Source of the DNA: an uncultured Gammaproteobacteria bacterium
GTDB taxonomy: Bacteria > Patescibacteriota > Microgenomatia > Levybacterales > UBA12049
Assembly: GCA_964553245.1 (NCBI GenBank)
Contig: CAZKJM010000001.1
Coordinates: forward strand, 362,667 to 426,666
Length of the DNA stretch: 64,000 bases
Direction: 5' to 3'
Below the pieces are notes generated by a model. It was not told where the DNA came from. It was given only the letters and a program-made list of their open reading frames with translations, and did not search any database. The position numbers and the translations under genes are program-made. Positions 59,908 through 64,000 of the stretch are shown here, piece by piece (position 1 is the first letter of the stretch; every line of letters begins with the position of its first letter).

Positions 59908-61443
59908 ATGCTTTCTAAGGTAAATTCTGCTGCTATTATTGGTCTTGAAGCAGTATTAATAGAAGTAGAGGTTGATATTGCATCTCAAGGACTCCCCTCT
60001 TTTACAATTGTCGGTCTTCCCAATAAGGCAGTTGAGGAATCAAAGGAAAGAGTAAGATCTGCTATAAAAAATATCGGCGCTACGTTTCCGGCAAAAAGAA
60101 TTACCGTAAACCTTGCTCCGGCTGATCTTCCCAAGGAAGGTCCTTCTTATGACTTGCCAATTGCACTGGGGATATTACTTGCCTCAGAGCAAATAAAAAC
60201 AGATATTAGCAATGCTGTTTTTATCGGAGAACTTTCCTTGGATGGAAAATTAAGACATATTAACGGAATAATTTCTTCCGTATTAATGGCAAAAAACAAC
60301 AAGAAACAGCGGATTTTTTTGCCAAGCGTAAATATTAACGAAGCTTCGATTATTAGCGGGATAGAGATTTATCCATTAGATTCATTAACCCAACTTTTAA
60401 AACACCTGCAGGAAACAGAAGTAATTCCGCCGCAAAAACACGTTAAGCTTGAATCTTATTTAAAAATCGAAGAATATGAATTTGACATGGCAGACATTCA
60501 AGGACAGGAACAGGCAAAAAGAGCAATGGAAATTGCAGCAGCAGGAGCACACAACATTTTACTAAAAGGCCCTCCGGGTGCCGGAAAAACATTAATTGCC
60601 AAAACCCTTCCCTCGATTTTACCAAAGCTAAGCCTTGAGGAAGCATTGGATGTCACAAAAATTTATTCGACATCGGGGTTACTGGGAAACGATGCCATTG
60701 TTACAAAACGACCGTTTAGAAATCCGCACCATACTACTTCTCACGTTGGTTTAATCGGAGGGGGAACTGTGCCAAAACCGGGCGAAATTTCTCTTGCCCA
60801 TAGAGGAGTATTGTTTTTAGACGAATTCCCGGAACTTCCGAGAAACGTTTTAGAAGCTTTAAGACAACCATTGGAAGACGGTTTTGTTACTGTTTCAAGA
60901 GCCCATGGCAGAATAACTTTTCCTTCTAAATTCATGCTTGTCGCAGCACAAAATCCTTGCCCGTGCGGATATTTTGGAGACAAAACACATAATTGTAAAT
61001 GCCAGCCCGGACAAATAATCCGCTACCAAAAAAAAGTTTCCGGGCCAATGCTTGATAGAATTGACATCCATTTGGAAATTCCTGCCGTTAAAGTAGAAAA
61101 ATTAGCAACAACTTATAAGAATGCAAAAACGGAAAACAGCAGGCAAATCAGAAAAAGAGTACAACTAGCCCGCGACCTACAACTAAAAAGGTTTAAAAAA
61201 TTAAAAATTTCTTCAAATTCGGAAATGTCTAATAAGATTATTAAAGAGTTTTGTCCGCTTTCCGAAGATTGTATGTCAATATTAAAAATGGCGGTATCAA
61301 GAATGAATTTATCTGCAAGAAGCTACTATCGAACCATAAAACTGGCAAGGACAATTGCCGATCTTGAACAAAGCGATAAAATAAAAACTGCTCATGTCGC
61401 AGAGGCACTTCAATACCGTCCAAGAAACGAGGATATAATATGA
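59908..61443 (+). CDS. comM: YifB/ComM Mg-chelatase-like AAA+ ATPase
   Basis: NLAPAD, GPPGAGKT, HRGVLFLDE, NPCPCG. Confidence 0.92.
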   Translation: MLSKVNSAAIIGLEAVLIEVEVDIASQGLPSFTIVGLPNKAVEESKERVRSAIKNIGATFPAKRITVNLAPADLPKEGPSYDLPIALGILLASEQIKTDISNAVFIGELSLDGKLRHINGIISSVLMAKNNKKQRIFLPSVNINEASIISGIEIYPLDSLTQLLKHLQETEVIPPQKHVKLESYLKIEEYEFDMADIQGQEQAKRAMEIAAAGAHNILLKGPPGAGKTLIAKTLPSILPKLSLEEALDVTKIYSTSGLLGNDAIVTKRPFRNPHHTTSHVGLIGGGTVPKPGEISLAHRGVLFLDEFPELPRNVLEALRQPLEDGFVTVSRAHGRITFPSKFMLVAAQNPCPCGYFGDKTHNCKCQPGQIIRYQKKVSGPMLDRIDIHLEIPAVKVEKLATTYKNAKTENSRQIRKRVQLARDLQLKRFKKLKISSNSEMSNKIIKEFCPLSEDCMSILKMAVSRMNLSARSYYRTIKLARTIADLEQSDKIKTAHVAEALQYRPRNEDII

Positions 61444-63137
61444 AATATTTAAATTACTTAATAGGATCTTTAATTTTTTTACTTTTATTTATTGGATATT
61501 TCCATCCGATAAATGCAATTACCCAAGATCTAGGAAGGCATTTTTTACTGGGAGATATTATTTTAAAAACTCATAATGTCCCTGATACAAATTTATTTTC
61601 TTACACATACCCCAATTTTCCCTTTGTAAATCTTCACTGGTTATCCGAAGTTGTTTTTTATTTAATTTTTAAATTTATCGGATTTAACGGGTTGTTAATC
61701 TTCTCAACAGCAATAATTTTAATATCTTTTTCGATTGTATTTTTTTATTCTTTTAAAAAAGAAAACATTATTCCGCTTTCTATTATTTCCGTTTTTTATA
61801 TCCCGGTTCTTTTTGAGCGAACCGACATAAGACCGGAAATTTTCAGCTTTTTATTTTTAGCAATTTTCGTAGCCGTTCTTTATAAATTCAAATTTGAAAA
61901 AACAAAATTAATATTCATTCTTCCTTTTATTGAGCTTTTATGGGTAAATATGCATATTTACTTTATTATCGGCATTGCTGTTTTGGGAATATTTTTACTA
62001 GATTCCATTATTCAATCTTATAAAAATAAAGATAAAAAATTTTTATCGCTTCTTTTTATTACCGTTTTTTCCACCCTTGCCACATTTATAAATCCCAATT
62101 TTATTACCGGAGCAGTTTATCCACTTAGGGTATTTGAAAATTACGGCTATTCAATCGAGGAAAATCAAAATATTCTCTTTTTATGGAATCTTTTTCAAAA
62201 ACAGACAATTCTTTATTTTGTAATTTCTGCTTTTACATTAATCATTGTTTTATTTATAAATATCAAAAAAAGTAAAAAGATCGATTGGCTGCTTTCTTTA
62301 TTTTTTATAGCGCTTTCCATTATGCAAATAAGGAATTTCCCCTTGTTTGTTTTTGGAACATTTATTCCCTTTGCAAAAAACTTATCCGATATTTATACAA
62401 GGCTTCCTACTATTGTAAAAAAAACAATTCCTTGTTTACTACTTCTTTTAATAATTTGGCAGGGAAACCAAGTTGTTAAGGATAAAGGGTTCGGATTCGG
62501 CGTAGAAAAAGGAGCTGAAAAAGGTGTTGATTTTTTTATAAAAAATAAGCTTAAGGGACCGATTTTTAACGGATTTGACGTTGGTGGATATTTGGATTAC
62601 AGGCTTTATCCGAATGAAAAAGTTTTTGTAGACAATCGACCGGGAGAATATCCGGTAAGTTTCTTTCAAAACGTCTATATTCCAATGCAAAATGATCAAA
62701 AAATATTTGATGAAATAGATAAAAAATATAATTTTAATGTCATTTTCTTTAATCATACCGACCAAACCCCTTGGGCAGAAAACTTCTTAAAACAAATAAT
62801 TAGAAACAAAAATTGGGAACTAATTTATCTTGATGATTATTGTCTAATTTTTGTTAAAAACAATAAAAATAATGCTGAATTAATAAATAAATATCGTATG
62901 CCCGAAAGGAAAAATTTAAGCAACGTTGATTATAAAAATAAAAATTCACTTATTGGACTTTCGGTTTTTTTTAATAAAACCGGTCTTTTAGAAAATGAAG
63001 TTGAGATTCATAATAAAATATTGGGGCTAGATCCAAATTTTTGTTACTCCTTATATAGGATGGCTAATCTTTTATCCCAAAAAAATAGTTCTTCGGCAGA
63101 TATTTATGGGTTGAAGTTCAGGAATTTATGCCGCTAG
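61440..63137 (+). CDS. Polytopic GT-C-like membrane protein
   Basis: DLGRH..G, WLSEV, RPE, LWVNMH, VFVD.R. Confidence 0.7.
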   Translation: MKYLNYLIGSLIFLLLFIGYFHPINAITQDLGRHFLLGDIILKTHNVPDTNLFSYTYPNFPFVNLHWLSEVVFYLIFKFIGFNGLLIFSTAIILISFSIVFFYSFKKENIIPLSIISVFYIPVLFERTDIRPEIFSFLFLAIFVAVLYKFKFEKTKLIFILPFIELLWVNMHIYFIIGIAVLGIFLLDSIIQSYKNKDKKFLSLLFITVFSTLATFINPNFITGAVYPLRVFENYGYSIEENQNILFLWNLFQKQTILYFVISAFTLIIVLFINIKKSKKIDWLLSLFFIALSIMQIRNFPLFVFGTFIPFAKNLSDIYTRLPTIVKKTIPCLLLLLIIWQGNQVVKDKGFGFGVEKGAEKGVDFFIKNKLKGPIFNGFDVGGYLDYRLYPNEKVFVDNRPGEYPVSFFQNVYIPMQNDQKIFDEIDKKYNFNVIFFNHTDQTPWAENFLKQIIRNKNWELIYLDDYCLIFVKNNKNNAELINKYRMPERKNLSNVDYKNKNSLIGLSVFFNKTGLLENEVEIHNKILGLDPNFCYSLYRMANLLSQKNSSSADIYGLKFRNLCR

Positions 63138-63154
63138 TTTGCTAAAATAAATTA

Positions 63155-64000
63155 ATGACCCAAGGGCTAACCGAAACAGAAGCAAAAAACCGATTAAGAA
63201 TTTACGGTAAAAACGAGATTAGCTTTAAAAAGAGATTTGTTGGTGTAAAAATATTTCTTTCTCAGTTTATATCGATTCTCAATATCATTTTAATCCTAGC
63301 TGCTTTTTTCTCTTTTATCGCCACGGATAAAATTGATGGAATTTTAATACTGGCAATTGTTTTTATTACCGCAGCTTTTGGTTTTTTTCAGGAATATCAA
63401 GCAGAGAAAGAACTGGAAAAATTAAAAAAATATGTTACTCCTTTATCAAGGGTTATTAGGAACGGAAAAGAAAAAGAAATCCCGACAACGGAAATTGTTC
63501 CCGGAGACATCGTTGTAATAGAAGAGGGAAATTATGCTCCTGCAGACGGAAAAATTATCCAAAATCATCATCTTGAAACCGATGAATCCATGCTGACTGG
63601 AGAATCTCTTCCTGTTGCAAAAGAATTAAACGACGAAATATTCTCCGGTAGCTTAATTTTAAAAGGAAGAGCACAGATAATTGTGACTGAAACAGGTAAA
63701 AAAACAAAATTTGGAAAAATTGCTCAAGAGTTATCGAAAATAAAAAGTGAAAAAACACCCCTTCAGAAAAAATTGAACGGTCTTGGAAAAATATTATCCA
63801 TTGTCGTGGCTGTAATTTCTTTTTCTTTAATTCCAATCGGGCTTGCCAATAATAAAGAATTTATTCCTTTGGTTTTTTTAGCAGTAAGCATTGGCGTTGC
63901 TGCAATTCCGGAGGGATTACCCGCCGCAATTACCGTTGCTCTGGCAATTGGCACAAAAAGAATGGCTAAGAAAAATGCCGTTGTCAGAAAAATGGCGTCG
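63155..64000 (+). CDS. Cation-transporting P-type ATPase, N-terminal part
   Basis: Not in track; GLT..EA..RL..YG.NE, DESMLTGES, VAAIPEGLP. Confidence 0.9.
   Translation, partial: MTQGLTETEAKNRLRIYGKNEISFKKRFVGVKIFLSQFISILNIILILAAFFSFIATDKIDGILILAIVFITAAFGFFQEYQAEKELEKLKKYVTPLSRVIRNGKEKEIPTTEIVPGDIVVIEEGNYAPADGKIIQNHHLETDESMLTGESLPVAKELNDEIFSGSLILKGRAQIIVTETGKKTKFGKIAQELSKIKSEKTPLQKKLNGLGKILSIVVAVISFSLIPIGLANNKEFIPLVFLAVSIGVAAIPEGLPAAITVALAIGTKRMAKKNAVVRKMAS

Noticed and set aside
709-63954. Many short antisense or nested ORFs in the track (e.g. 709-912, 14416-14829, 22982-23371, 25839-26186)
   Set aside because: They overlap well-supported genes and show no motifs or start signals.

Overview
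AT-rich bacterial DNA that looks like Patescibacteria/CPR (Microgenomates-like), inferred from leaderless genes, many ORFans and typical CPR families. Housekeeping genes (rpoD, dnaG, comM/YifB, P-type ATPase) lie at the right end, and mixed membrane and metal-homeostasis genes at the left. Main result: a ~33 kb tandem array (about 19571-52203) is anchored at the 3' end of a group-I-intron-split tRNA-Asn(GUU) (52198-52478, minus strand). Twelve short junction sites share a GCTC-type core with the tRNA end and divide the array into recombinase-free cassettes of 46 bp to 7.9 kb (single self-promoted ORFans, a zur-znuACB operon, a glycosyltransferase cluster). One 15.3 kb autonomous island follows, encoding a large serine recombinase whose C-terminus is split across its own att site. 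The junction arms show the 5-bp attP-versus-attB motif offset known for large serine integrases. I infer an integron-like, serine-recombinase-driven cassette array. Other notable items: a pseudoknotted GNRA-rich ncRNA candidate, a Cys-free DUF5679-like protein in the Zur operon, a THX-like small protein, a possible -1 frameshift in a transglycosylase gene, and an NTPase-less NLR-like HEPN protein. All family calls come from reading motifs by eye; no searches were run.
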